The notes: generated from the letters alone by a model not told the origin. A stretch of 64,000 bases of DNA from a virus (IMGVR_UViG_3300005323_000039:1-64000), one strand, 5' to 3'; positions 1 through 9,254 are shown, counted from the stretch's first letter. Made by a program: numbers and translations.

Positions 1-220
1 CAGAGGTTTCACATGTTGCATCGAGTGTTCGAATTACTGGACGGGAACGACCTGAAGCTGAATGGTGGATTGGCAAGAGGGTAACTGTTGCGGCCAATTC
101 GTACGGCTGCCCAACTGACGCGACCCAAGTAACAGATGTATACACAAGTTGTGATGGAGCAGTTCGCCTAGCTAACGGCAAAGCATGCTATGTGAGAGAC
201 CTTGTGTTGGACGAATAACT
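1..220 (+). CDS. 3' end of an ORF that begins upstream of the window (5'-partial), hypothetical protein
   Basis: Open frame from window edge ending with TAA at 218-220; same orientation as downstream genes. Confidence 0.3.
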
Positions 221-231
221 AGGGAGTATAC

Positions 232-1497
232 ATGACAAACGATAGCAAAGTATTCAAACCAAGATGGAGCAACAAACGTCATGTTGCTCCTGAATTAATT
301 TTACCTGCAGAGTGGAATGTGGCGGAGGGAAAACCTTCAATTGATCTGACAGAGCACGTAATATATGCACCTAGTGGAAATGCTCCCTACGATCGAGCCA
401 CAAGAATCCAAGGCTATATACATGTGCGGCATGCTTCGGAAAAGTTGCCTCACGCTAAGAATAAATTCGAACAAGCTGCTTTAGCTTGTTTTGAACAAAC
501 GCGAATTAACGCGTTGGGTGTAGAACAAGGAGTCCAGCGCGAACTCAACCCAATCTTCACTCGAATGATGTCCACTTCAGCATCGCATCCATTTATGCGT
601 ATATTGAAGGGCATTTGTGGAAAGCCGTTCATTCTAACGAACCACCATCTCCACGATTTCTATGAGGACGGTTGCGAACTCACTTACCAAGAAGAAACAA
701 TCGTGGACGAGTACGGCCAAAAGATTATCGAGAACCGAAACGATCCCAATGTAGTGTATGCTCTAGCACAAGAGCTTGCTTCAATCTATTACAATGATGA
801 GGATGAACCTGACGGTGACGAATTCTTCTCCGAATATGGAGAAACCGAAGAAAAGCAGCCTCCGCGTGCTGTAGTCGATCCTGTAACAGGTAAAGATGTT
901 GCACAAGCTTTGGAGAAGTCCGCTCGAATGCACGTAGTGGATGATTTGCCTATGGCAAGGCGTCCTGTGACGAAGAGACCAAAAAGAACCGATTCTGGGT
1001 TCATTCTGAAACACCCTGAACGCGTCTATACGGACCAACTTTGTTTCGATCTCCGCAAGAAGCGACCCTACATAGGCACAATCTTAATTGATTGTTCGGG
1101 CTCAATGTCAATCGAACGCTCAGAGCTTACGACAATAGTGGAAATGTCCAATGGCGCAACAATCGCAGGATACTGCGAAAAACATAGGACTGGAGCAAAC
1201 GAAGGCAACCTATACATTCTTTCGCAGAATGGGTATGTTGTTAAAAAATTACCCAGTCATTTGAACGGTTATAACGCTGTAGATTATCCAGCCCTTTGTT
1301 GGCTAATGGAACAGCAAGGCCCGCATGTTTGGGTATCCGATGGAGGAGTTAATGGCAGAGGCGGTGATCATTACGACTGCATAACGAATGCTTGCTTCAA
1401 TTTGGTTCGATCAGGAGGCGTAACAAGGTTCGGAGATCTAACAGATTTGCATGGTCACTTGCTCCAATTGATCCAAGCGATTAATCGGAGGCGTTAG
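232..1497 (+). CDS. vWA (von Willebrand factor A) domain protein, paralogue 1
   Basis: C-terminal MIDAS-like motif ILIDCSGSMS (DxSxS); tandem paralogue of next ORF with collinear similarity along whole length. Confidence 0.6.
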   Translation: MTNDSKVFKPRWSNKRHVAPELILPAEWNVAEGKPSIDLTEHVIYAPSGNAPYDRATRIQGYIHVRHASEKLPHAKNKFEQAALACFEQTRINALGVEQGVQRELNPIFTRMMSTSASHPFMRILKGICGKPFILTNHHLHDFYEDGCELTYQEETIVDEYGQKIIENRNDPNVVYALAQELASIYYNDEDEPDGDEFFSEYGETEEKQPPRAVVDPVTGKDVAQALEKSARMHVVDDLPMARRPVTKRPKRTDSGFILKHPERVYTDQLCFDLRKKRPYIGTILIDCSGSMSIERSELTTIVEMSNGATIAGYCEKHRTGANEGNLYILSQNGYVVKKLPSHLNGYNAVDYPALCWLMEQQGPHVWVSDGGVNGRGGDHYDCITNACFNLVRSGGVTRFGDLTDLHGHLLQLIQAINRRR

Positions 1498-1498
1498 A

Positions 1499-2743
1499 AT
1501 GGGAATAAAGCACGAACACAAGAAAGCAAGATTTGTTCGCAGAGACGCCGCTCCAGAACTCATAATGCCCGGAAATTGGCATGTAACTGTTGCCCAAGGT
1601 GAAGCTCATTGCAGCCTAAAGTCTAAACAAATGACTATACCTTCTGCGAAGGTTGACCAAGCTACTAGAGTACACGAAATGCTACACGTTAGATACTCTG
1701 AAAGAATACCTGATCCAAGTTTGACTGAAGTGGAACGTTACGTGGCGCAATGCTTCGAGGACGCTCGCGTTCATATGTTGGGATTGGAACAAGGCGTACA
1801 AGAACCTCTCGAATTGCTCGAAAGAGCTAAGCAACTTCCAACTGATGGCAAAATTGACAGAATCTTGAAAGGAATATATGGAGCTCCACTTCTGCTACAT
1901 GATCCCGACACATACAAAGCATACTTGAAAGAATGTGGTATGGGTTGGATGCATCCTTTGGAGTCACGCGACGTTGCTCAATTGACTACATGTTTATTGG
2001 AGGGACGGCACGATCCTGCCATATCTGCGGAGCTTGCAAAAGAAGTTGTTCGGATGTATGGCCTAGAGGATGTTTCGTCATGTAGTGGATTTAAAATTCC
2101 TCTACCACATGATCCTACTACTCCAATCACTCCAATTGATCCTGAAGTCGGGGACGATATTGCACATGCTCTGGAAGATTCAGGTACAATGGAAATCATA
2201 CCAATGGTGGAACTGACGCAACCTGTACCAAAAATCTCCAAACGTACAGACACAGGCTTCACTCTAAAATATCCACAACGTATTTATACAGACGGTATGT
2301 GCTTCACGAAGCGCAGAAAGCGTCCGCTCGTTGGCACAGTTCTAATTGATTGTTCGGGCTCAATGTCAATTAATCATGACGAACTCCAACGTATTGTAGA
2401 GTTGAGCGGAGGCGCAACAATCGCAGGATATTGCGCGCGAGGAGGTCATGTGAACAACGGCCAACTATACATTCTTGCACATAATGGTAAAGTTGTTGAT
2501 GAGTTGCCTTACCTTGGCGGAGGCAACGTTGTGGATTTGCCCGCCCTCCTCTGGATGGTTGAGCAGAGTGGACCATATGTTTGGGTATGTGATGGAGTCG
2601 TTACAGGCAAAGGAGATCATACTAAGCGTAACATAACGAATGCTTGCTTCCATCTAAGAGATGAATACAGAGTGACTCGAATGAAAACTTTGTATGAATT
2701 GAAACGTTGGTTAGAGGAGCGTCACAAAAAACAACGAATGTGA
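1499..2743 (+). CDS. vWA domain protein, paralogue 2
   Basis: VLIDCSGSMS MIDAS motif; N-terminal region contains HEMLH (HExxH-like) absent from paralogue 1; start overlaps stop of previous ORF. Confidence 0.6.
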   Translation: MGIKHEHKKARFVRRDAAPELIMPGNWHVTVAQGEAHCSLKSKQMTIPSAKVDQATRVHEMLHVRYSERIPDPSLTEVERYVAQCFEDARVHMLGLEQGVQEPLELLERAKQLPTDGKIDRILKGIYGAPLLLHDPDTYKAYLKECGMGWMHPLESRDVAQLTTCLLEGRHDPAISAELAKEVVRMYGLEDVSSCSGFKIPLPHDPTTPITPIDPEVGDDIAHALEDSGTMEIIPMVELTQPVPKISKRTDTGFTLKYPQRIYTDGMCFTKRRKRPLVGTVLIDCSGSMSINHDELQRIVELSGGATIAGYCARGGHVNNGQLYILAHNGKVVDELPYLGGGNVVDLPALLWMVEQSGPYVWVCDGVVTGKGDHTKRNITNACFHLRDEYRVTRMKTLYELKRWLEERHKKQRM

Positions 2744-2758
2744 TGGCTCCTTCTGGAC

Positions 2759-2765
2759 TTTTTTT
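2759..2765 (+). terminator. T7 run after vWA paralogue 2
   Basis: CTTTTTTTAACC after stop at 2743. Confidence 0.2.
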
Positions 2766-2795
2766 AACCACAACATATTTATATGAGGTCGAACA

Positions 2796-2969
2796 ATGAA
2801 TATTCTTACGTGTATAGTTTTAGGTGCATTATTGTTTGGCGTAACAATTGCAGCAGTTTATGGACTTTCATTTTTGATTTTCTTTCATCCACTAATCGCA
2901 ACTATCATACTATTCACAATAGGTAGTTTAATGTTCACCGGTATGATAGCTGCTGCATTCGACGTTTAA
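2796..2969 (+). CDS. small membrane protein (57 aa, 2 predicted TM helices)
   Basis: ATG at 2796 preceded by GAGGT 8 nt upstream; highly hydrophobic translation; not in ORF track (<60 aa). Confidence 0.3.
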   Translation: MNILTCIVLGALLFGVTIAAVYGLSFLIFFHPLIATIILFTIGSLMFTGMIAAAFDV

Positions 2970-2987
2970 TTTATAGGACTGATTTGT

Positions 2988-4376
2988 ATGGTAGAATTCA
3001 CAAAAGATTCAATCGAACAATGTCTGGATATTAATTCAAGAACATGCGACGTACTTGGAGTAAATCACATGGACCTCGCAGAGTTCGTCTTAAGGACTGT
3101 TCCGATGGCAACAGTAGTCGAAACAGGCGAAATTTTAATCTGCCACAACGGACTGTACGTGCGCGGAGGTAACGAATATATACGGTCTCTATTGGTTAAA
3201 TGCTTAAAAGGCTACAGATATAAGAATGGAAGGGACGTCTACACAACATACCTTTTAAATCAAGTTACTGATATAATTAAAGGACTAACCTACGTGGAAT
3301 CGAGTAAATTCGACAACGATTTGCACATTATTAATATGGATAACGGCCTATATAATTGGTATAATGGTGAGTTTACTCCACATGACCCTTTAGAGTATCA
3401 ATTGAGCGGGAGGAGGCCGTACTTTAGCCGAATCCAGATACCCTTAGTGTATAACCCGCATGCAACATGCCCCCACATCGAACGAATGTTGCGCAATGTT
3501 TTGCACGACGAGGACAGAACGAAGGTTATGGAGTTGCTCGCATACCTAATGTACAGAGAGTATACGTTGCAGAAGGCATTCATTCTTTTGGGACCTGGAG
3601 GCACAGGCAAGACTATCTTTTTGGATTTGTTGCGTAACTTTACTGGAGCGCGTAATTGCTCATCGGTTTCAATGCACGATCTTGAAAAGGACAGGTTCGC
3701 AACAGCAGACCTTCATTTAAAGTTAGTAAATCTTTTTGGAGATATGGAGCAGACAGAGTTGCCGAACATCAATATAATGAAAATGTTAACCTCTAATAAG
3801 GACGTTATTAGGGCGCAGAGAAAAGGCGAGCATGCTTTTGATTTTGTTAATTATGCTAAACTTGTGTTCGCAACGAATCAATTGCCAATGGTTCGCGACG
3901 ACACTACAGGATTTTATAGACGGGTAGAGATCTTACCCTTTGAACATGTCTTTACTAAGGCCGAATACGACGCAGACCTTCTCAAAGCAATAACAGACCC
4001 TGTAGAGCTTTCAGGTCTCTTCAATCTAGTTATGCCGTACCTTAAAGAATTAATTGAACGCAACGAATTCACCAACGCTTCAAGTATACTCGACATGACG
4101 ATTAAGTACAAATCACAATCAGACCCTGTCGGTGCGTTTGTTGAACGCCACGTCGAAGAAGATGCGGATGCTTTCCCTCCAACAAAACAAGAAATGTACG
4201 ATGCATACTGCCTATTTTGTAAAAAGCACAATGTTACACCGCTCCATAAGAATTGGTTCGGCAAAGCCTACGTTAAGAGGGTAGAATGGCACAAAACGAC
4301 CATTAAGAATGTGAATGGCAGACAAACGGCTTGTTGGGCCAACACAGGACTTATACGATTAAACGAACTAACATAA
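2988..4376 (+). CDS. D5-like / P4-type primase-helicase, SF3 helicase domain
   Basis: Walker A LLGPGGTGKTIF, Walker B-like hydrophobic stretch, SF3 motif C VFATNQLP; size and domain order typical of D5_N + SF3 helicase. Confidence 0.7.
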   Translation: MVEFTKDSIEQCLDINSRTCDVLGVNHMDLAEFVLRTVPMATVVETGEILICHNGLYVRGGNEYIRSLLVKCLKGYRYKNGRDVYTTYLLNQVTDIIKGLTYVESSKFDNDLHIINMDNGLYNWYNGEFTPHDPLEYQLSGRRPYFSRIQIPLVYNPHATCPHIERMLRNVLHDEDRTKVMELLAYLMYREYTLQKAFILLGPGGTGKTIFLDLLRNFTGARNCSSVSMHDLEKDRFATADLHLKLVNLFGDMEQTELPNINIMKMLTSNKDVIRAQRKGEHAFDFVNYAKLVFATNQLPMVRDDTTGFYRRVEILPFEHVFTKAEYDADLLKAITDPVELSGLFNLVMPYLKELIERNEFTNASSILDMTIKYKSQSDPVGAFVERHVEEDADAFPPTKQEMYDAYCLFCKKHNVTPLHKNWFGKAYVKRVEWHKTTIKNVNGRQTACWANTGLIRLNELT

Positions 4377-4379
4377 AGT

Positions 4380-4400
4380 ATATATACTACTTTAACGTAA
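4380..4400 (+). promoter_or_regulatory. archaeal-type promoter: TATATATAC box + TTTAACGTA element
   Basis: 21-mer TATATATACTACTTTAACGTA; identical copy in reverse orientation at 63768-63788. Confidence 0.4.
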
Positions 4401-4411
4401 CGTTTGTGTAG

Positions 4412-4741
4412 GTGGTTTGTTTGTTGGAACAATTGTTGTGGAGCATACCGATATTATTGTTCGGAATTGCAATTGAATTATCGATCGAACTCGGATTAAA
4501 CATGGCAAATGTATTTAGAGGCGGTGTTGGTAAAAAGTGCACAGATTGCACGTACTTTAAACTTTATCGATATAGACCAGAAGACTTGACTATGGCATCG
4601 TGCACATGTCCAAAAGCTAAGTGGAGTTGGGCGGATATCGAACGAAGAGGGTATCTGATGGCCATAATCTTTAGGCAGTGCGGTTGGTTTGGAAGGCACT
4701 TCACTCCAAAAGAACATGGAGTCACTCCCTCGGATGAGTAA
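4412..4741 (+). CDS. hypothetical protein with N-terminal TM segment
   Basis: ORF in co-directional array; hydrophobic N-terminus; Cys pairs CTDC..CTC. Confidence 0.4.
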   Translation: MVCLLEQLLWSIPILLFGIAIELSIELGLNMANVFRGGVGKKCTDCTYFKLYRYRPEDLTMASCTCPKAKWSWADIERRGYLMAIIFRQCGWFGRHFTPKEHGVTPSDE

Positions 4742-4777
4742 CTCCACCCCTGTTACTATTTTTGCGGACTTGATTAC

Positions 4778-4945
4778 ATGGTAAAACACAGGCGACGATT
4801 TCCAAAAGATGATAAACCTGTAAGTTTTGTTCAAAAGAATTGCAGACGTCATGATTTTGTAACCGACTCCAGAGGGTATTATGTATGCAGATATTGCGGT
4901 ATCACCAAAGGACAATATCTTGAACAGATGAAACAAACGAGGTGA
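4778..4945 (+). CDS. small basic Cys/His protein (55 aa), possible zinc-binding
   Basis: Manually found ORF (<60 aa) in gap between 4741 and 5093; CRRH...CRYC. Confidence 0.2.
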   Translation: MVKHRRRFPKDDKPVSFVQKNCRRHDFVTDSRGYYVCRYCGITKGQYLEQMKQTR

Positions 4946-5092
4946 TCTGATGACTAAATGCGATTTATGTAAAGAATTTTTTGGCTCCTTCTGTTCGGAT
5001 ATGACAGGATTTTGCCCGTTCACTTCAGAACAATTAGAAACTAGCTTGATGCGACGAATGGAAAAAGAATTAACAAAAGAATAAAGAATAAA

Positions 5093-5509
5093 TTATAATT
5101 TTAGTTTTGAGTGAAGCGAACGACACGACTCTTTTTCAATCTGGTCATCTTTTTGTTTCTTTTCAAGCAGGGCTTGTACTTTAGCTGACAATTTCTTCAA
5201 CCTGTCGTCTAGAGCATCAAAATGACTATTCATATAAGTGCAGTTTAGATCTTGCCATACCCACATTGCATCTTCTTCATCTTTCAGGATTCCTAAGCTC
5301 AAGTGCGTTCTATTTTCGCCATAACCGGGAATTATACCAATTATTGCATTTCCTTCAGGCGTTGCTTCAACTGGATCCTCCGTTAGGTATATGCCACTTG
5401 ATTGCCAATTCTTAACGTACTTTATTTGCTCCTGCGTAAAATTGTCCTTTATCAACTTTTGCCGAATATCTGATGGAGTTGGTTTCTTGTTTTTATTGAA
5501 TGGCCACAT
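5093..5509 (-). CDS. hypothetical protein
   Basis: ORF in minus-strand block 5093-7195; no recognisable motif. Confidence 0.45.
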   Translation of the reverse strand: MWPFNKNKKPTPSDIRQKLIKDNFTQEQIKYVKNWQSSGIYLTEDPVEATPEGNAIIGIIPGYGENRTHLSLGILKDEEDAMWVWQDLNCTYMNSHFDALDDRLKKLSAKVQALLEKKQKDDQIEKESCRSLHSKLKL

Positions 5510-5521
5510 AGTATATACTCC

Positions 5522-5839
5522 TTACAACAATTTAACAATTTTCAAACCATAATCGATTGTGCCGTTGCGCCTTGTATACTCAAAAGCCCGTCCGACAAAT
5601 CGAATAGTCGTACGGGGAACAACTCTGGAATAGATTAAAGGGATTGCAGGTATCTCACGTCCGATCAACATCTTGAGGTGATCTATACGAGTTGTTCCCC
5701 ATTCGTTGACTACATTCACCAAGGTAACTTCTTCTACAGGAGTTCCATGGAGTCTCTTATTTCTATGCCGATGTTCAACAAACGCACTAAAGGTGTCGCT
5801 TTCATCGTTCCGATACATTGTACGCAGAGCGTGCCTCAT
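5522..5839 (-). CDS. hypothetical protein
   Basis: ORF in minus-strand block; tightly spaced with neighbours. Confidence 0.45.
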   Translation of the reverse strand: MRHALRTMYRNDESDTFSAFVEHRHRNKRLHGTPVEEVTLVNVVNEWGTTRIDHLKMLIGREIPAIPLIYSRVVPRTTIRFVGRAFEYTRRNGTIDYGLKIVKLL

Positions 5840-5841
5840 AT

Positions 5842-6138
5842 TTATCCGTCCACTCCATTAACTTCTTCTAGTTCGATGCCCAGAATTTGTGCGATGAACG
5901 TGATCTTATTTGTATAATACTTGACCATATCCAGATCGTCTTGTATGAGTTGTTCTTTTTCTACTACAGTGAATTTGTTGCTTGTCACCCACTTCGCAAT
6001 ATGTCTTATGCGATCCTTACGTCCCGCTCTAAGCATACTTAATTCACTTTTAAGCTCATCTTCGCTTTTGGCTAACATGGTAACACTTCCGCGTGAGTTG
6101 TACGTATTGTAAGTATAAAAAAGTTGCGGTAACTCCAA
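5842..6138 (-). CDS. hypothetical protein
   Basis: ORF in minus-strand block. Confidence 0.45.
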   Translation of the reverse strand: MELPQLFYTYNTYNSRGSVTMLAKSEDELKSELSMLRAGRKDRIRHIAKWVTSNKFTVVEKEQLIQDDLDMVKYYTNKITFIAQILGIELEEVNGVDG

Positions 6139-6145
6139 CTCTTAC

Positions 6146-7195
6146 TCATTCACCATAGGCTAGTTGGAAGCGCCTGCTGATACATTTGAAGCTGAGTCTA
6201 CCCAATTCTTGATCTAGTTGTTCTGGAACGGACCTTAGTACAATACCTTCGCGCCAAGTGTCTCCATTGAGTTTGCTCCTACCATCCGCCATTGTTAGCA
6301 ACTCTTCAACGCTATGATCCAATGTAACTTGCTCGAGGTACGGCACAGTAAAGTCTTTACCAAGGCCAAACGTATCTACAGCGTCAAGTATCTGGTCGAG
6401 TTCCATATATTTTTTGTTTTGAATGTCATAAACGTTGAATACTCTGTAAACCAGTTCGCTGAGATTATATTTGTTGCTTTGGATACCAGGGCCCAAAAGT
6501 TCGCCTTGGAGAGCAACGTTGCCGAATTGATACAATACTTCGTCCATGTTATGGTCTAGAGCGTATTTCCAGTAAGAGTTGCCACAAAACTTGTGCGGTT
6601 CCCCAGGATGTAAATCCATTTCTCGCGAACAAGCGTGCAATCCAGTCTCAGGGTCCATGAAATAATTTGCATTTGTTCCATCACACTTCTCGGAAATTTG
6701 AAACACTTTACCTTTATTCCTTGTTAGAACGTTCGGGACGGCTTGAATACGCATTTCGTCTGTACGAGGAACGAAGGAGGGCCTTGTGCCGCGAACCTTA
6801 CCCTTCAATTGCACTGGTACAGGCTTATCGAACTTCACGATACCTAAAATTTGCGTTACATCTTCTCCAATGGTGTAATGACTGTCAGGCAGAAGCGTTA
6901 GAGGGAATACAATACCCTGTGATATGACTCCAAATTTGCTTAACTTTAGCGTGCGAATTCTGTGCCCTCTAACAGCTCCATTGTTCACAAAGCAGCCTTT
7001 CCTTAAGAATTCGTATGGAGGAAGTTCGGGTAGTACGCTGTCTGGCTCACAGTATATTATGGAGTCGCCTGGAGCGAACTCACTCTTTTTGACAATCACG
7101 CTCCAACCCAATATTTGCGCCAGTTCTATACTAGTTGCGCCTTCTATCGGCACAATCTTTTCTACAACTTGAATAGATGCTAGTTTTCTTTCCAA
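6146..7195 (-). CDS. ATP-dependent RNA ligase (Rnl family with N-terminal OB-like domain, DraRnl/NgrRnl-like)
   Basis: Nucleotidyltransferase motif I EKCDGTN (KxDGxN) in the central region; N-terminal pattern KLASIQVVEKIVPIEGA..IELAQILGWSVIVKKSEFAPGDSIIYCEPDSVLP characteristic of phage/archaeal RNA ligase N-domain. Confidence 0.65.
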   Translation of the reverse strand: MERKLASIQVVEKIVPIEGATSIELAQILGWSVIVKKSEFAPGDSIIYCEPDSVLPELPPYEFLRKGCFVNNGAVRGHRIRTLKLSKFGVISQGIVFPLTLLPDSHYTIGEDVTQILGIVKFDKPVPVQLKGKVRGTRPSFVPRTDEMRIQAVPNVLTRNKGKVFQISEKCDGTNANYFMDPETGLHACSREMDLHPGEPHKFCGNSYWKYALDHNMDEVLYQFGNVALQGELLGPGIQSNKYNLSELVYRVFNVYDIQNKKYMELDQILDAVDTFGLGKDFTVPYLEQVTLDHSVEELLTMADGRSKLNGDTWREGIVLRSVPEQLDQELGRLSFKCISRRFQLAYGE

Positions 7196-7362
7196 ATCGA
7201 ATACCTCCGATAAGTTTTTAAAAATTAGCTTTGCGTTACGTACAACCTATATATGTAGTTTGTGTTAAACGTTGCACAAGAGTTAACTTCATATATACGA
7301 CAATCTATTTATACGATAAGCGTCACTTGGAGTATTGTTGAAACAATGATTGAGGTTGTACA

Positions 7363-7755
7363 ATGAGAACAATAGGTGTAGTGTTGGGCGCGATGCTTGT
7401 AGCAATTACAGGCATTGTTGCAGGTGCTGAGGTTGGAGATGTTGCAGATGTTCCTGCGGAGTTCGCCGAGCTGAATATGCTGGATCAGGGTCACAATGGT
7501 GTCGTAATAAGTGCTACAGGCAATGTTGTGACTGTGACCAATATTGGGCCAGATCTGAGGGACCTTGGCGGCCTGAAGATCGTTGCGAACGGCACAGTGG
7601 TCGGAACCACACCCTACACGATGATGTTGGGCGGCACGATGAGCTTCGGAAGGGATCAGTCCAGAGTGATTGTACTGAGCGAAAACGTAACGCCTGGTGT
7701 AGAGATCGTTCTGACCAATGGGGTCGGAGTGTACGCGAAGGGAGTGGCTCAGTAG
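7363..7755 (+). CDS. secreted/membrane-anchored hypothetical protein (Gly/Val/Thr-rich)
   Basis: N-terminal hydrophobic signal-like segment; local GC visibly higher than neighbours. Confidence 0.4.
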   Translation: MRTIGVVLGAMLVAITGIVAGAEVGDVADVPAEFAELNMLDQGHNGVVISATGNVVTVTNIGPDLRDLGGLKIVANGTVVGTTPYTMMLGGTMSFGRDQSRVIVLSENVTPGVEIVLTNGVGVYAKGVAQ

Positions 7756-8141
7756 TTCCACTCCAAACCTTTATTCTTTATTCTCCCCTATTTTTTGTTC
7801 CTTTGTTGTTTGTTCGTTTTCCTAAAGCTTACCCTTTACCGTTGGATGTGCTGTATAACAAAAATCAACAACTAGTTCTCTATTTTAATAGTATATTGTG
7901 AATTCCTAGAATTTTACTACCCCTCTACTATACAATTCTTCCTGTTCAAATTTCAATTTCTACTCTTATACCATTAATTACTCTATTCTTTCTATTCTCT
8001 TCTTTCCCTTAAGAAAAGAAAAGATAAATAAAAGTAGTAATAGTGGGGAGATTTAGCAACGAAAAGTTAAAGTTTGTTCAATATTTTTAATTTATAAAAC
8101 TGATTTTTATTTATACAGTATCCAAACAGTATCTATACAGT
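7756..8141. promoter_or_regulatory. 386-bp AT-rich, strand-asymmetric (CT-rich on +) non-coding region with short direct repeats (ACAGTAT x3, TTCTTT/TCTATTCT)
   Basis: No ORF >60 aa on either strand; low complexity; candidate replication origin or non-coding RNA/promoter region. Confidence 0.3.
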
Positions 8142-8441
8142 ATGCATTTCTACTATTTCGTAGGTTTTGGCGCGTCACGATTTTGCTTTAAACGGTATAT
8201 GGAGTATGAAGCACAAACTATTTATCCTAGTACGTACCAATATTGCATAGAGGATGAAACTATGGATAAATTAGATCAAATGTTAAAGAATCAAGCAGTA
8301 ATCTTGTGGGCACTTGGAAAGCTTCTTCAAGAAGCTGGAAGCGACGATAACTCTCCATTGCATACGATGTGCTCGCATTGTTTCGAGGAGACCGTGAAAA
8401 TGCTAGATGAAAAGACCAGAAATGAATTAAGAAGGATTTAG
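8142..8441 (+). CDS. hypothetical protein
   Basis: ORF following AT-rich region. Confidence 0.4.
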   Translation: MHFYYFVGFGASRFCFKRYMEYEAQTIYPSTYQYCIEDETMDKLDQMLKNQAVILWALGKLLQEAGSDDNSPLHTMCSHCFEETVKMLDEKTRNELRRI

Positions 8442-8641
8442 ATAGAATCTAGAAATTTATATACCTCTTCACAACGTACAATCGCTTAGGCTTGCACGTA
8501 GGCGTCAAGGCTGAACTTTTTCACTCCAAACTATATTTTATACGTTGTGCAAAAATTGAGCCCTTTAAAACGCATTATACGGCAGATCAAGTGAACCAAC
8601 TTGGCGCAAAGTTTAAATTATAGTACGTACTACTCTAGAGT

Positions 8642-8896
8642 ATGCGACAAATCAAAACGCATTATAAAGCTACGCCTGACGAAGGAGATCAATGGACGGC
8701 TTGCTCCGCATGTGTGTTTGGGCCTAAAGGATCCGCCACATGCACGCATGGGGCGCACTCAGCTCGCTACGACCCCTCCAAAGCAGGTTCAAATGAAGCG
8801 GAATGGCCTGCTCTAATGGACAAGCGAGGATGTTGGGGTGGCAAGTTGCTTGTGAAGCACGAACACATGATGAAGAAGGGAGAGGAATTCGAATAA
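8642..8896 (+). CDS. hypothetical Cys-rich protein
   Basis: One of two overlapping frames (8601..8816 alternative); frame choice uncertain. Confidence 0.25.
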   Translation: MRQIKTHYKATPDEGDQWTACSACVFGPKGSATCTHGAHSARYDPSKAGSNEAEWPALMDKRGCWGGKLLVKHEHMMKKGEEFE

Positions 8897-8913
8897 AAAC
8901 AGAGGTGATTTAA

Positions 8914-9078
8914 ATGACAATGGCTCGCAAAACTCTAACTTTGCCTGAAGAACACGCAGACTTTTATCGGAATAATCCAAAAAAGAACGCGTCAGAGATA
9001 TTCCAAAGAGCGACTGAAGCAGATCCAGACTATCAACGATGGAAACATATAACACAAGACGCAACAATTGAAGAATAA
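8914..9078 (+). CDS. small ribbon-helix-helix-like (CopG/Arc-type) DNA-binding protein, 54 aa
   Basis: AGAGGTGA SD-like sequence 6 nt upstream of ATG; N-terminal KTLTLPEEHADFY resembles RHH beta-strand; followed by T-runs. Confidence 0.3.
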   Translation: MTMARKTLTLPEEHADFYRNNPKKNASEIFQRATEADPDYQRWKHITQDATIEE

Positions 9079-9254
9079 AAAAAATAAAATTTTTAATTTT
9101 TGTTTTATCCAGGCGATGGCCTGAACATCAAGATCAAGCCGCATTCCCTCCGTACATTCTGTACTTGGTGTGCTCCTTCCGACGAGATGAATCGGAACTG
9201 GACGGTTCGGTTTCCAAACGAGGGTTCCTGAATTCCTGTAGTTAAGGGTTGCAT

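Noticed and set aside
8601-8896. Two overlapping + strand ORFs in different frames (8601..8816 and 8642..8896)
   Set aside because: Only one can be real. Neither has a motif. I listed the longer Cys-containing frame at low confidence and rejected calling both.
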